Below are positions 48,560-58,976 of a stretch of DNA of 64,000 nucleotides, one piece after another. This DNA is from an uncultured Gemmatimonadales bacterium. Its GTDB lineage: Bacteria > Gemmatimonadota > Gemmatimonadetes > Gemmatimonadales > GWC2-71-9. Below the pieces are notes generated by a model, which had not been told where the DNA came from, made no database searches, and saw only the letters and a list, made by a program, of their open reading frames with translations. The translations under genes and the position numbers were made by a program. The stretch lies in NCBI GenBank assembly GCA_963695555.1, contig CAVOGR010000007.1, positions 512,001 through 576,000 on the forward strand, read 5' to 3'. Positions within the stretch are counted from its first letter, which is position 1, and each line of letters opens with the position of its first letter.

Positions 48560-49199
48560 CGTACCTCCGCGCAATGATGAGTCCGGCGGCCAGCTGGGTT
48601 GCGCCGAAGCCGAGCGCCATCCAGAGATTGCCAAGTGCGGCGGGCGTGAGTAGCGCGACCAGGCCGAACCCCATGATGACCAGCCCCATGATCGGCACCA
48701 CCCGGATCGAGAAGGCCCCACCGGTCACGACGCCGGTGCCGTAGAGCAGGAGCCACGATGCCGGGAGCAGGCCGTACGTCTGCCGAGCGGCCAGGGCAAA
48801 GGTGAGCACCAACCCCACGAAGAGCGGCGGGGCAAAGCTCATCGCGAAGCGGCGGCCCGGCTGGGCCAGGAGCGGGGTCTTGCTGAGCCGGGCCTTCCGG
48901 GCCAGGGCGTAGACCCCGATGCCCACCGCGATCACCGCCTCCACCAGCCAGGTCTGCAGCCAGACCCGCGGATCGGTTTGCCGTTGGGCCACCCAGGCGG
49001 CGCCGATGGCGGTGAGTCCCATAGCGACCCCGCCCCACCCCGGCACCGCCGTGAACGAGGTGGCTCGCTCCATGGTGCTCCGAATGAACGACAGGTTGTC
49101 CATGGCCCGCCGGTGGAGGGCGGGCTCCTGGTCGGCCGGGCCAGCGGGCGCGGCCGTCGAGAGGGGGCGGGGGCGGGGGCGGGGGCTGACCGTCGACAT
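48552..49199 (-). CDS. Six-TM membrane protein
   Basis: AMDNLSFIRSTMERA..FTAVPGWG, WLLLYG, GFG...G..IARRYGG; overlaps the regulator start. Confidence 0.85.
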   Translation of the reverse strand: MSTVSPRPRPRPLSTAAPAGPADQEPALHRRAMDNLSFIRSTMERATSFTAVPGWGGVAMGLTAIGAAWVAQRQTDPRVWLQTWLVEAVIAVGIGVYALARKARLSKTPLLAQPGRRFAMSFAPPLFVGLVLTFALAARQTYGLLPASWLLLYGTGVVTGGAFSIRVVPIMGLVIMGFGLVALLTPAALGNLWMALGFGATQLAAGLIIARRYGG

Positions 49200-49237
49200 A
49201 TGCACCAACCTAGGGGTGATGATATGCCATGTCAAGT

Positions 49238-49254
49238 ACTTTGCATAGCAAAGT
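49238..49254. promoter_or_regulatory. Palindromic operator ACTTTGC-N3-GCAAAGT
   Basis: Perfect 7-bp inverted repeat 39 bp upstream of the operon; half-site AGTACTTTGC repeated at 48121-48130. Confidence 0.75.
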
Positions 49255-49370
49255 TACTCTCTGGTACCGAAGGCCCATGTCTCAAACACCAGGCGGATCT
49301 TCCGGATCTTCCCGCCCGCGACCTCGAACACCTGCGCCATGGTGCGAGGTCCATGTGAGGTCCATGTATT
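49254..49370 (-). pseudogene. Probable C-terminal remnant of a SnoaL/NTF2-like gene
   Basis: Reads TMAQVFEVAGGKIRKIRLVFETWAF with no room for an N-terminus; contains an 11-bp tandem duplication ACATGGACCTC. Confidence 0.4.
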
Positions 49371-49393
49371 GGAGGGCCGGGTCCCGCGGGCTC

Positions 49394-49993
49394 TCAGACA
49401 ACCCGATACACCTGTCCCGTCTGGGCGCCTTCGACGCTCTTGGCGTAGGCCAGCGCCGCCCGGGCCGCCGGCACCGGCTCGAACCCGCGGAAGAACGGCT
49501 CGTAAGCCTCCATTGCCTCGGCGATGACTCCCGGGCTCACAGCATTGATCCGTTGGCCGCGCGACAGCTCGATAGCCGCCGCCCGGACAAATGCGTTGAC
49601 GGCTCCGTTGACCATCGAGGCCGACGTCCCCATACGGATGGGATCGCAATCGAGCACTCCCGTGGTGAGCGTGAACGAGCCGCCGTCGGCCAGGTACTCG
49701 CGCCCGATCAGGACCAGGTTCACCTGGCCCATGAGCTTGTCGTTGAGGCCGATCTCGTAGTCCGCGGCGGTCATCTCCTCGAACGGCGCGAACTTGACGG
49801 AGCCGGTGGCCGACACCAGCGCGGCGAACTGCCCGGCCTGCTCGAGCCCAGCGCGAATGGACGCCGGGTCGGTGATGTCCAGCACCACGTCACCCGACGT
49901 GCGTCCCGCTCCGATGATTTCGTGGCGCTGGCTCAGCTCCCCCACCACGGCACGACCGATGGTTCCCGATGCACCCACGACGAGAATTCGCAT
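49394..49993 (-). CDS. Short-chain dehydrogenase (atypical short SDR)
   Basis: VVGASGTIG, KLMGQVNLV, RINAVSPG, KSVEGAQTG. Confidence 0.92.
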   Translation of the reverse strand: MRILVVGASGTIGRAVVGELSQRHEIIGAGRTSGDVVLDITDPASIRAGLEQAGQFAALVSATGSVKFAPFEEMTAADYEIGLNDKLMGQVNLVLIGREYLADGGSFTLTTGVLDCDPIRMGTSASMVNGAVNAFVRAAAIELSRGQRINAVSPGVIAEAMEAYEPFFRGFEPVPAARAALAYAKSVEGAQTGQVYRVV

Positions 49994-50283
49994 TACCCCT
50001 CCAACCTGCCGCGCAACATGAGTTTGATGGCAATGAACGGGGTCAAGAAGAGCACGACGTTCAGCACCTTCAACAGAAGCATCGAAGAAAGCATCAGGTG
50101 ATCGTATTCCGGTCGCGGAATCTCGATCATCGCGGCATACAACCGGTATATGGGATCTCCGGCCAGCCAGAATGCGGCCCACACGACGAGCTGGGCCACG
50201 ACCAGAAAGAGAAAGCATCGGAGCAGGATGCCGGCGATTGCGTCGAGTAGATGGATCGATTCTTTCGCTAGTGCCGTTTTCAT
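49993..50283 (-). CDS. Small membrane protein (DUF6868-like)
   Basis: Two hydrophobic helices, K...VLFLTPFIA ending; overlaps the SDR start. Confidence 0.7.
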   Translation of the reverse strand: MKTALAKESIHLLDAIAGILLRCFLFLVVAQLVVWAAFWLAGDPIYRLYAAMIEIPRPEYDHLMLSSMLLLKVLNVVLFLTPFIAIKLMLRGRLEG

Positions 50284-50304
50284 AATGTATTCCCGTCAGA
50301 TGTT

Positions 50305-50817
50305 CTACATGTAGCGCGCGACGGCCATGGTGGCGACCGCGATGATGAGGAGCCGTGCCACCCAGAGACCGGCTGCAGCCGAGCGCTGCCGCAGCCTCTG
50401 AATCTCCGCCTGCATGGGCCCGCGCTCCTCCTCGGACGCCGAGGCCAGCGCGGCCGTCATCCGGATGGCTCCGAGTGTCGCGGCCCGCACGCCGGTCACT
50501 CCGATGATGAGGGCGAGGATCGAAGCCACGCCGCCCACTGTGAGGCTCAACCCAAACGGCGACCTGATCCAACCCATGGCCAATCCGCCGGACAGGTGCC
50601 AGTAGAGGACCAGGCCGGTCGCAATTGTGAGCCCTGCGACGATGGGCATGACATCCAGAAACCGCCGCCGCACCAGTTCCCGCATGACCGGCGCCCCGTC
50701 GGGCCCGACCGCCCGGATGCTCGGCCCGAGGAAGAACACCAGGAAGAAGATGGTGCCGGCCCAGAACACCCCCAGCAGGATATGAAACATGCGGAGAATG
50801 AGCATGAACCGGTCCAT
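50305..50817 (-). CDS. Four-TM membrane protein (CopD/DUF4149-like)
   Basis: LRMFHILLGVFWAG, four helices, MAVARY end. Confidence 0.8.
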   Translation of the reverse strand: MDRFMLILRMFHILLGVFWAGTIFFLVFFLGPSIRAVGPDGAPVMRELVRRRFLDVMPIVAGLTIATGLVLYWHLSGGLAMGWIRSPFGLSLTVGGVASILALIIGVTGVRAATLGAIRMTAALASASEEERGPMQAEIQRLRQRSAAAGLWVARLLIIAVATMAVARYM

Positions 50818-51034
50818 CGGTTTCTCCAGTGTGGGGTGTCACGCCAAGGGTAGACCTGCCACAAAACAACGCCTCGAGCGGGAAACCACAAGCGACAGGC
50901 TAGTGCCTCGGCCTTCGCTGGGACCGACACGCGTTGCTCCCGACCGAGCCGCCTGACAGGCTCCGCCCGGCATTCGCGTATAGAGAGGAGAGCCATTCAC
51001 GTGATGCCCCGTGCCCTTGCACCAAGGAGTCTCC

Positions 51035-51352
51035 ATGTCCACGCGTCATACTGGTTCCGCCGCCGGCATTCTCCTCCTGCTTGGCGGGTTGGTGACCGCC
51101 TGCGGCAACGGCGGCCTCGAAGGTCGGTACTACAATTCGTCGACCGGCGAGTTTGCCCTCGAACTCCAATCGGGCGGGAAGCTGGAGATGCAGGGGGCGG
51201 TTGGGGAGGGCCTGAGGTACGAGGTCAAGGCGGACACCGTGTTCATCAAAGGCGGGCGCGGGCTCGCGGAGGGCATGTATTTCATCCGGCTCCCCAATGG
51301 CGACCTGAGCCTCGAGCCCCTGGGCACGCTCACCAAGAACCGGCCGGATTGA
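51035..51352 (+). CDS. Small hypothetical lipoprotein
   Basis: SD AAGGAG, lipobox VTAC, LEGRY and YEVKAD beta-rich body. Confidence 0.7.
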   Translation: MSTRHTGSAAGILLLLGGLVTACGNGGLEGRYYNSSTGEFALELQSGGKLEMQGAVGEGLRYEVKADTVFIKGGRGLAEGMYFIRLPNGDLSLEPLGTLTKNRPD

Positions 51353-51451
51353 CCCGCCGGCTAGGGCGAGCCTCGATCGGTCTGGGTAGGGGATGGCGGC
51401 GCGGGGCCCGCCGAACGCGCACATGGCGTTCGGCGAGCCCAGACCAGTGGT

Positions 51452-52403
51452 TTACTCCAAGGGAATCCGGTCCTTGTTCCGCTCCAGCCAAACCTTAAAT
51501 GTCTGGAGTCCGGGATGGAGCTCCCGGGCCAGCGTCAGGTCGCGCGCACCGCAGAAGTCGGCCTCGAAGTCCCGGTAGTACTGGAACATGTTGCCCAGGT
51601 CTTCCGCGCCGGGAAACCCAAAGCTGCGATACACATCGGGCGGTACGTCGTTGTAGCGCACCTCCTGTCCCAGGGCCTTCGTCAGGGCCGCGGCCATCTG
51701 CGCTCCGGTGGGGAATTCACCCGCAATGCCCAGCGTCTTCCCGATCAACTCCCGGCCGCGCTTGAAGATGCCGTAGGCACAGCCGCCGATGTCTTCTGCG
51801 GCGATCCCCGGCAGCTTCTTATCACCCATCGGGAAGCGTAATGGCCAGCTTCCCGTCGGGTCCCTTCTTCGGTCCCATGCCGAAGTGGATCAGATTGTCC
51901 CAGTAGAAACTGGTGTGCAACAACGTCGTCGGAACGCCGGCCTCGGTGAAGAACGCGTTGGCTTCGCCCTTGGCATCGAAGTGCGGCACCTTGTACTTGC
52001 CCATGAGGGTGGGCATCCGGTCGTCGCTCAGCGGAACCTTGAGCCGCGTGTCTTCGAGGGTCGACCAGATGACGTGCTGGAGCCCCGCTTGCTTGGCCGC
52101 CTGGGCCATGTTCCGGGCGTGGGCCATCTCCTTCTCGGGCGAGAAGTGATCCCAGAAGAACGTGACGCAGAAGGCGCCGTAGGCGCCGGCGAATGCCTTC
52201 TCGAGGCTCGCGACGTCGTCCACGTCACCCGCCACCACTTGGGCGCCGAGCGCCGCCAATTCTTTTGCCTTATCCGAATTGGCATTTCGCGTGATCGCAC
52301 GCACGGTGAAGCCGCCGTTCGGGTCGTTCATGATGGCGCGGACCAGTCCGCCGCCCTGTGCCCCCGTGGCACCCACCACCGCGATGATCTTCTTATCCGT
52401 CAT
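51452..52403 (-). CDS. NmrA/HSCARG-family protein, frameshifted near 51832
   Basis: VVGATGAQGG, VPHFDAKG, SFYWDNL in one frame; EDIG, FPGAEDLGNMFQY in another. Confidence 0.9.
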
Positions 52404-52452
52404 TGTACCTCTCCTCTGTTTCGTGTCGTATGGCAGCTTTGACGCACTTCCC

Positions 52453-54504
52453 CTACGGTTGCGCGCTCTCCACCCGCACCGTGTTCACGTCCACCATGAG
52501 CTCGGCCAGCCGTTCGGCGATGTCGTCCGGCATGGTCTCCTGATAGCGACCACCCAGGTGCTTTGCCAGGAACTGTTCCAGGGCAGCCGCCACGGCGATG
52601 CGGTTCTCGCGCCCCGCAAAGCCGTGTCCCTCGTCGGGAGCCAGCATGTAGCTGACCTCGCGCCCCAAGTCACGGAGCGCCACCACGATCTGCTCGGATT
52701 CGCGCTTGTTGACCCTCGGGTCGTTCGCGCCCTGGATGATCAACAGCGGCAGCCGTGATCTGTTCCGCCGAGAAGAGCGGCGACTGTGCGACCAGGCGGG
52801 CGTGGTCCTCCGGGTCGTCCGGGTTGCCCAGCCGGACGTCGAAGATGGCCTTGATCGGTTTCCAGTACGGCGGAATGGCGGCCAACAGGGTCAGGAGGTT
52901 CGACGGTCCCACGTAGGAGACGCCTGCGGCATAGAGTTCCGGCGTGAAGGTCACTCCGGCCAGTGTGGCGTAGCCGCCGTAGGATCCGCCGAAGATCCCG
53001 ACGTGGTCGGGGTCGATGTCTCTGCTCGGCGATCAGGTACCGGATGCCGTCGGTGATGTCGTGCTGCATCGCCCCGGTGCCCCATTCGTTGTTCCCGGCA
53101 TTGAGGAACGACTTCCCGTAGCCGGTCGAGCCGCGGAAGTTGGGCTGGAACACGGCATAGCCACGATTGGCCAGAAACTGGGCGTACGCATCATAGCCCC
53201 ACTGGTCGCGGGCCCAGGGACCGCCGTGGGGAAAGACGACCACTGCCACCTTCTGACCCTCGACGTTCTTGGGGAGGGTGAGGTAGCCGGGCACCTCGAG
53301 TCCGTCACGGGTCCGGTAGCGGACCGGCCGCATGGAGGCGAGGTGTTCGCTGGGAAGGTTGGGCCGCGAACTATAGAGGAACTCGACGCTCTCGTCCTGG
53401 CGGTTGTACAGGTAGGCCGAGCCTGGGTCCACGTCGCGTGAGACGTAGACGATCCACCGATCCTCGTCTTCGGTGGACGAGGTGAACGACAGCTCGCCTT
53501 CCGGGAGTTTCTCCCGGAGTACCTCCAGGTCGCGTTCCACTCGGGTGTTCTTCGGGTAGATGCGCACCCGGTCACCGACGTACACGGTGGCGATCAGGTC
53601 GTCGGTGACGTCCGAGAAGATCGCGTTCTCGAGATCCACCTGCCTCAAGGGATCCGATTCAACGAATTCCTGTTCACCGGTCGCTGGGTTGAACAACACC
53701 AGTCGCGTCAGGTCGACGTCGTCACCTTTGTTAGTGATCATGTACACCCGCTGACCATCCTTGTGGTAGCGCATTGGTCCACATGATTCTTCGTTGCTGC
53801 AGCGGTATACCTCGGTGAGCGTGTCACCATCAACGCGAAAAACCACCGTGTTGCCGTCCTCGTCGATCTTGATCGCCGAGGCGGACGTCGCCCTCGAGGT
53901 CGGCCTGCCAACCGGCAATGCCGTCGTTGTTCTGGATGACTAACGTCACGCTCGCCACTGCTCAGGTCGACGCGATAGACGTCATGAAGCTGGGGATTGC
54001 GGTCGTTGAGCCCCACGAGGATCTGACCCGGCGTCCTTCCGGTACCGCCACGATTCGAGCCTGAACGCCCTCGTACGGCGTCAGGTCGAGGGCCGGCGGC
54101 ACCCGGTGGCGGGCTCGGGTGCCACGCGAGGGTTCAATGGCGTAGACATGGAGGTTCTCATCGCCGTCCTTGTCCTGCACGTACAGGAGGTAGCGGCTGT
54201 CCTGGCTCCAGAAGTAGCCCCGCACCGGCCGCGTGGAGTCGGCACTCACGGGCTTGGCTGCGTCGAACGGTTCGCCGCTGCCCTTGACCCAGATGTTCAT
54301 CACGCCCCGGTACGGCTTGCGGAACGAAATGAACTCGCCGTTGGGTGAGATCTGGGCGCCGGCGATTTCGGGGTCGCCGAAGAACACCTGCCGGTCGATG
54401 AGCGGCGGGAGCTGGTCGAGGTAGCCGGCCTGCGCCTGAAGGGCCTGAGGGGCGGCGATGGCCACGAGTCCGAGGATGAGCATGAGAGAGCGGATGCGGG
54501 ACAT
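52453..54504 (-). CDS. S9 prolyl-oligopeptidase-family peptidase, multiple frameshifts
   Basis: Signal peptide, propeller region, [39 protein letters not shown] spread over several frames. Confidence 0.9.
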
Positions 54505-54911
54505 GGGGCCTCCGGGGCCGGACAGGGACAGGACAGGGATAACCGGGATAGGGTATCCTCAGGCAGGACTAGACGCTAGTACCGTGTCGCAGGCAGCTGA
54601 TTGCTGACCGCCGACTCCTTCCTACACACAACCCACTACGCACTACGCACCAATCCATCAGTGCTCACGGTCGGCGGGAGATGCTCAGGGCCAGCGGCGC
54701 ACCCGAGCGCATATGCGCTTCACTTATCGCCGAATTTCATCGATGCGCTTCCGGCCCCGGGTGGCTTCGAGGTCTCCAAGCTTCACCTCGTCGGGTCGGA
54801 CAACCAGGTTCGGGAATCCTTCCGGCTGTCCCCTGCCTGAGGGCCGCTGCCCTGCTTACTCGAGGGGTCCGGCGGAAGGCGGGGGGAACTCAGCCATCGC
54901 GGTCGCGCGCT

Positions 54912-56669
54912 TCAGTCTTCTCCCGCCTGCCGTTCCGCCTCGATCCAGCCTTCGATCTTCGTTTTGAGCATGGACAGGGTCACGGTACCGTCCTCGATGA
55001 CCCGGTCGTGAAACGCACGGACGTCGAATCGGTCGCCGAGGGCTAACTCCGCCTCTGCCCGTAGTTCCTGGATCAGCAGGCTTCCAGTCAAATACGCCGT
55101 GGCCTGCCCTGGCACCGCGATGTACCGGCTGACTTCGGATTCGACGCCTGCCTTGGACTCGGCCGTATTGGCCAGCATGTAGTCGACCGCATCCTGCCGG
55201 CTCCATCCCAGCGCGTGCATGCCGGGGTCAACGACCAGTCGTGCGGCCCGGAATGCTTCGTTCGACAGCATGCCGAGCCGGTCGATGTCGGCCGCGTAGA
55301 GCCCGGCCTCGTCGGCGAGTCGCTCGGAGTAGAGCGCCCACCCCTCGCCGAGTCCCGAACTGAAGAAGTACTTGAGTACGGGATGGACGCCCGGGCCCTC
55401 GAGCCCCACATACACCTGCATGTGATGCCCCGGATAAGTCTCGTGAAACGTCGTGGCCTCGAAGCCGCCGGCCCGGTTCAGATCTCGGGGGTCGTGGATA
55501 CCGAACTCGTACGTCCCCGGCGTGCTCCCGTCGGCCGCTCCGGCAGAGTAGAAACCACCGCCGGTAATCTGCATGAAATCCGGGTACGGTTTGAGGGCCA
55601 CCTCAGCCTTGGGCACGAACCCGAACCACTCCGGCATGGCCGCCTTGGCCCGATCCACGGCGTCCTGTGCGAACTGGACGATCTCTTCCTGCGTCTCGAA
55701 GCTGTACGCCGGATCGGCTTTCACCCGTCGCAGCAGGACCTGCAGATCGCCCGTCCCGAAGCTCCGTAGGCCTATTTCGCGCATCTCGTTCTGAATCCGT
55801 TTCATCTCCCGCAACCCGGTCTGGTGGATCTCTTCCGGGGTGAGCGGCAGGGTCGCGTGGAACAGGACCGACGCCAGGTAGCAGTCGCGGCCGCCGGGAT
55901 CCGACGTCACGGCGATCGCTTCCCGGGCCGTCGCCAGGTACTCGTCGTTCAAGTAGTCCCGGTAGCGCTTTGCGGCGGGCACGATCGCATCCGAAATCGC
56001 GGACTTCAGATCGGCGGCGAACGCGGGATCATCGTCCCGGGTGGCCGGCTCGTAGAACGGCGATTCTTCCGCGGGCACCGAGATGAGGGCATCGATCTGA
56101 CCAATCACGAGCACCACATTGGAGCGTGGGGCGGTAAACCCCTCCGCCACGCCGACGCGCAGGTTGCCGATTTCCGTGTCGATGTAGCGCGCGACGTCGC
56201 GGGCCCGGGCGATGGTGGCCGCGCGTGCGGCAGCCGTGCCCACCGGCTGTTTGGCGAATACGCCGCCGAAGAAGTTCTGCCAGCCGGTCCATGTGGGGCT
56301 GACATTCCACAGGTGCGTCCGGCACACCCGCCGGGCGATCGATGCCTGCAGACGCTCCAACGAAAACGTGTACGGTACCGCGGCCTCCGTTCCGACCAAG
56401 GCACTCGGGTCTATCGCTTGCAGCCGTTCCACCCAGGCGTCCTCGCGGCCCTGCCACGCGTCGATGTTCGCGATGCTGTGGTCGCCCATGCGATCGAGCG
56501 GGGCCGGATAGCCGGTCTCATAGGCGTCTTCGGGATACTCGTCGTAGTACGCGGCGACGTATTCGTCGGCGATCGCAACTGCCTTCGCGACCTCACCGGA
56601 TCCTGCGTCGGGGCGGTTGCAGCCGACGAATGAGCCCACCAATACCGCGACGATCATGGTCCGTCTCAT
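54912..56669 (-). CDS. DUF885-family lipoprotein
   Basis: Lipobox FVGC; HETYPGHH, EGWALYSE, RAARLVVDPGMH, PGQATAY, FHDRV. Confidence 0.92.
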   Translation of the reverse strand: MRRTMIVAVLVGSFVGCNRPDAGSGEVAKAVAIADEYVAAYYDEYPEDAYETGYPAPLDRMGDHSIANIDAWQGREDAWVERLQAIDPSALVGTEAAVPYTFSLERLQASIARRVCRTHLWNVSPTWTGWQNFFGGVFAKQPVGTAAARAATIARARDVARYIDTEIGNLRVGVAEGFTAPRSNVVLVIGQIDALISVPAEESPFYEPATRDDDPAFAADLKSAISDAIVPAAKRYRDYLNDEYLATAREAIAVTSDPGGRDCYLASVLFHATLPLTPEEIHQTGLREMKRIQNEMREIGLRSFGTGDLQVLLRRVKADPAYSFETQEEIVQFAQDAVDRAKAAMPEWFGFVPKAEVALKPYPDFMQITGGGFYSAGAADGSTPGTYEFGIHDPRDLNRAGGFEATTFHETYPGHHMQVYVGLEGPGVHPVLKYFFSSGLGEGWALYSERLADEAGLYAADIDRLGMLSNEAFRAARLVVDPGMHALGWSRQDAVDYMLANTAESKAGVESEVSRYIAVPGQATAYLTGSLLIQELRAEAELALGDRFDVRAFHDRVIEDGTVTLSMLKTKIEGWIEAERQAGED

Positions 56670-56781
56670 ACAACCTCCGAAGAAGAGCAGAGGAAATGCT
56701 CAGAGCCACCGTCGCACCCGAACGCGATAGGCATTCCACCTGTGGGGTGCCTGCCCGAAATGCTGGTCGGCTTCCACGATG

Positions 56782-57162
56782 CTACGTACTTGGACATCCA
56801 GTAGCAAAGCACACGACCACTAATCCGACAAGGAGCCCGAGTACGCCGAGGGGCACGGCCTTGAAGACGACGGGGCTCCCGGGGTCCCAGGTCGCGGCGG
56901 CGGCGATATCGGACAACGGGATGTGGACCGTCGAGTCGCTGCGGACCTTGCCTCGAGGCGTGCGGAAAATACCCACGACGCTGCTGTCAACAATGACCGG
57001 ATCGACCAGGATGACCGTCGAACTGTCGTGCCGGGTCACCATGAGTTGTGTGGGTTGAGCGCCGACGATGTCCGGAATCGGTCGGGTCTGGGCTTCCCAG
57101 TGCGCGCAGGCAGCCACGAGGAGAAGTAGACAAACGAGCCGAGTCAGGTGAAGCGGTCGCAT
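56782..57162 (-). CDS. Hypothetical lipoprotein with C-terminal hydrophobic helix
   Basis: Lipobox VAAC; SD GGAGG; IPLSDI motif and a C-terminal TM. Confidence 0.65.
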   Translation of the reverse strand: MRPLHLTRLVCLLLLVAACAHWEAQTRPIPDIVGAQPTQLMVTRHDSSTVILVDPVIVDSSVVGIFRTPRGKVRSDSTVHIPLSDIAAAATWDPGSPVVFKAVPLGVLGLLVGLVVVCFATGCPST

Positions 57163-57276
57163 AGATGCCTCCGGTGCGTTGCTGTCCTACCTTGACCCAA
57201 GCCCGTCCCCTAAGCGTGACCTCGGCTTTCACTTCTGGGATACGCTCCCCCAGAGCTCGAGGTCTTCGGGATTCCG

Positions 57277-57834
57277 CTACCGCCCCACCCACTCCCGCCG
57301 CAAGAGACCCAGCATGACCGAGTCCTGAATCTCGCCGGCCAAGTGATACCGCTCCCGCAGGAATCCTTCCCGTCGGAAGCCGAGCCGCTCGAGCAGTCGG
57401 AGCGAGGGCTCGTTCCGCGGATCGACGTCGGCCTCGAGCCGGTGCAACTCCAGGTCCTCGAAGGCATACGCGATGAGCCGCGCCACGGCCTCACTGGCGT
57501 ACCCCTTTCCCCACGCCGACTTGGCGAGGGCGAATCCCACGCCGGCGCGGCGGTGCTCGCGCTCGATCCAGGCCAAGGTCACGGTGCCGATCACCGTATC
57601 GGTATCGGCCAGGGCGATGCCCCATTGATAGAGGTTGCCACGTGCGAAGTAGTCGTGGATCTCTTGCAGGAGTGCCTTGGCCGCGGCCAGATCGGTGAGC
57701 GGCGCTGAGCTCCAGTACCGCATGACCGCGGGGTCCGCGAAGACCTGGTGGAGCGCATCCACGTCACGCTCCTCCAGCCAGCGGAGTCGGAGCCGATCGG
57801 TTTCGAGCGTGGGCAGGCGGGCCGGTGGCGTCAC
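57277..57834 (-). CDS. GNAT acetyltransferase, RimJ/RimL family
   Basis: LETDRLRLR, WGKGYASEA, NEPSLRLLERLGFRREG. Confidence 0.93.
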   Translation of the reverse strand: MTPPARLPTLETDRLRLRWLEERDVDALHQVFADPAVMRYWSSAPLTDLAAAKALLQEIHDYFARGNLYQWGIALADTDTVIGTVTLAWIEREHRRAGVGFALAKSAWGKGYASEAVARLIAYAFEDLELHRLEADVDPRNEPSLRLLERLGFRREGFLRERYHLAGEIQDSVMLGLLRREWVGR

Positions 57835-58934
57835 TAAGGCTTTCGGGCAATGTGATACAAGAGAATATGCTCCTCGCCCTTCGGATCCTCAGTCGCGCCG
57901 AGGATATAGTCGGTGCCAACTTCAAACACCGTGACGTCAACGGGCAGGCGCAGCTCTCCGATCCTCTTGCCGTTCGGATCGACCACCTGGATCTCGGTGA
58001 CCCCATCTCCCAGAGCGGAAGTCACGGCGTAGAGCGCTCCACTCGTGTCGGTCAGGAGGTTGCGGTATGCCGGCAGGTACTCGGGCATCGGGATCTTCCG
58101 CAGATACTCTCTCGCCGGCTCTCGGTCCGACTCACTCCGCAGGCTGGTCACCAATTCCTCGATTGCAGCCTCGTAGTTGCTTTCTGAAGGGGCGCGTCGT
58201 GCCCTGCCAAGCCGAAAGGTGTCGAGTGGCTCGCCGGCGAGGGAATAGGCAGCGACAAGAGCGGCATCGCCAGCGCCGACGTAGACACGCTCATGCGACA
58301 TGGCGATCTTCGTGACGCTTCCAAGCGGACGACTCTCTCCCAGTCCGATTTCTCCTAGGCTGCCAACGCTATCACCCCGTGCGTTGGTTAGGTCCACGAT
58401 ACCTCGCGCCAAGGGTGCCCGCGCGGACGGCGCATGCCGACTCACGAGGGTCGTCAGGGCAAAGTCGCCGTGGAGACTGCAGACGACATCGTCGGGATTG
58501 CCTCGCGGCCGATATTGCCTGACCAATTCTCCGGCCGAATCTAGTACTACCATTTGCCCCTGCATGCGATCCCACACAAATAGCGTGTCCCGGGAGCACT
58601 GCTGTATCGAGGCAAGACTGGTGTACTCTCCAGGTCCCTTCCCCCGGTGACCGCTCTCTCTCACGAATCGACCGGACGAGTCCAAGAACAGGATTCTCGA
58701 GTCGGCACGATCCGCGACGGCTATCGAGCCGTTCGACAGTCGAGTCGCGTCCACAACGCTACCGATCACCAACCCATCCACCCCCGTCGCAACGATGTCG
58801 AGAGCGGGCATTGGGTCGATCGTGAGGGCGCCGGTCGCGGTCGCAGTGTGTTCGGATGGATGCTCCGGCGATTCCTCCGCACAGGCAAGGCCGAGGAGGA
58901 AGAGCGGCAAGCTGAGGAGGGTCCTAGCCCTCAT
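57834..58934 (-). CDS. Six-bladed beta-propeller lipoprotein
   Basis: Lipobox GLAC; GHRGKGPGEY, DTLFVWD, D..G...G repeats. Confidence 0.8.
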   Translation of the reverse strand: MRARTLLSLPLFLLGLACAEESPEHPSEHTATATGALTIDPMPALDIVATGVDGLVIGSVVDATRLSNGSIAVADRADSRILFLDSSGRFVRESGHRGKGPGEYTSLASIQQCSRDTLFVWDRMQGQMVVLDSAGELVRQYRPRGNPDDVVCSLHGDFALTTLVSRHAPSARAPLARGIVDLTNARGDSVGSLGEIGLGESRPLGSVTKIAMSHERVYVGAGDAALVAAYSLAGEPLDTFRLGRARRAPSESNYEAAIEELVTSLRSESDREPAREYLRKIPMPEYLPAYRNLLTDTSGALYAVTSALGDGVTEIQVVDPNGKRIGELRLPVDVTVFEVGTDYILGATEDPKGEEHILLYHIARKP

Positions 58935-58976
58935 CGCTGTCCAGCTGTCGAAACCCGAGTGACTCGGGGTTCCACG

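Noticed and set aside
54656..54911. Hidden small ORF or ncRNA between the S9 peptidase and DUF885
   Set aside because: No convincing start, motif or stable long-range pairing seen
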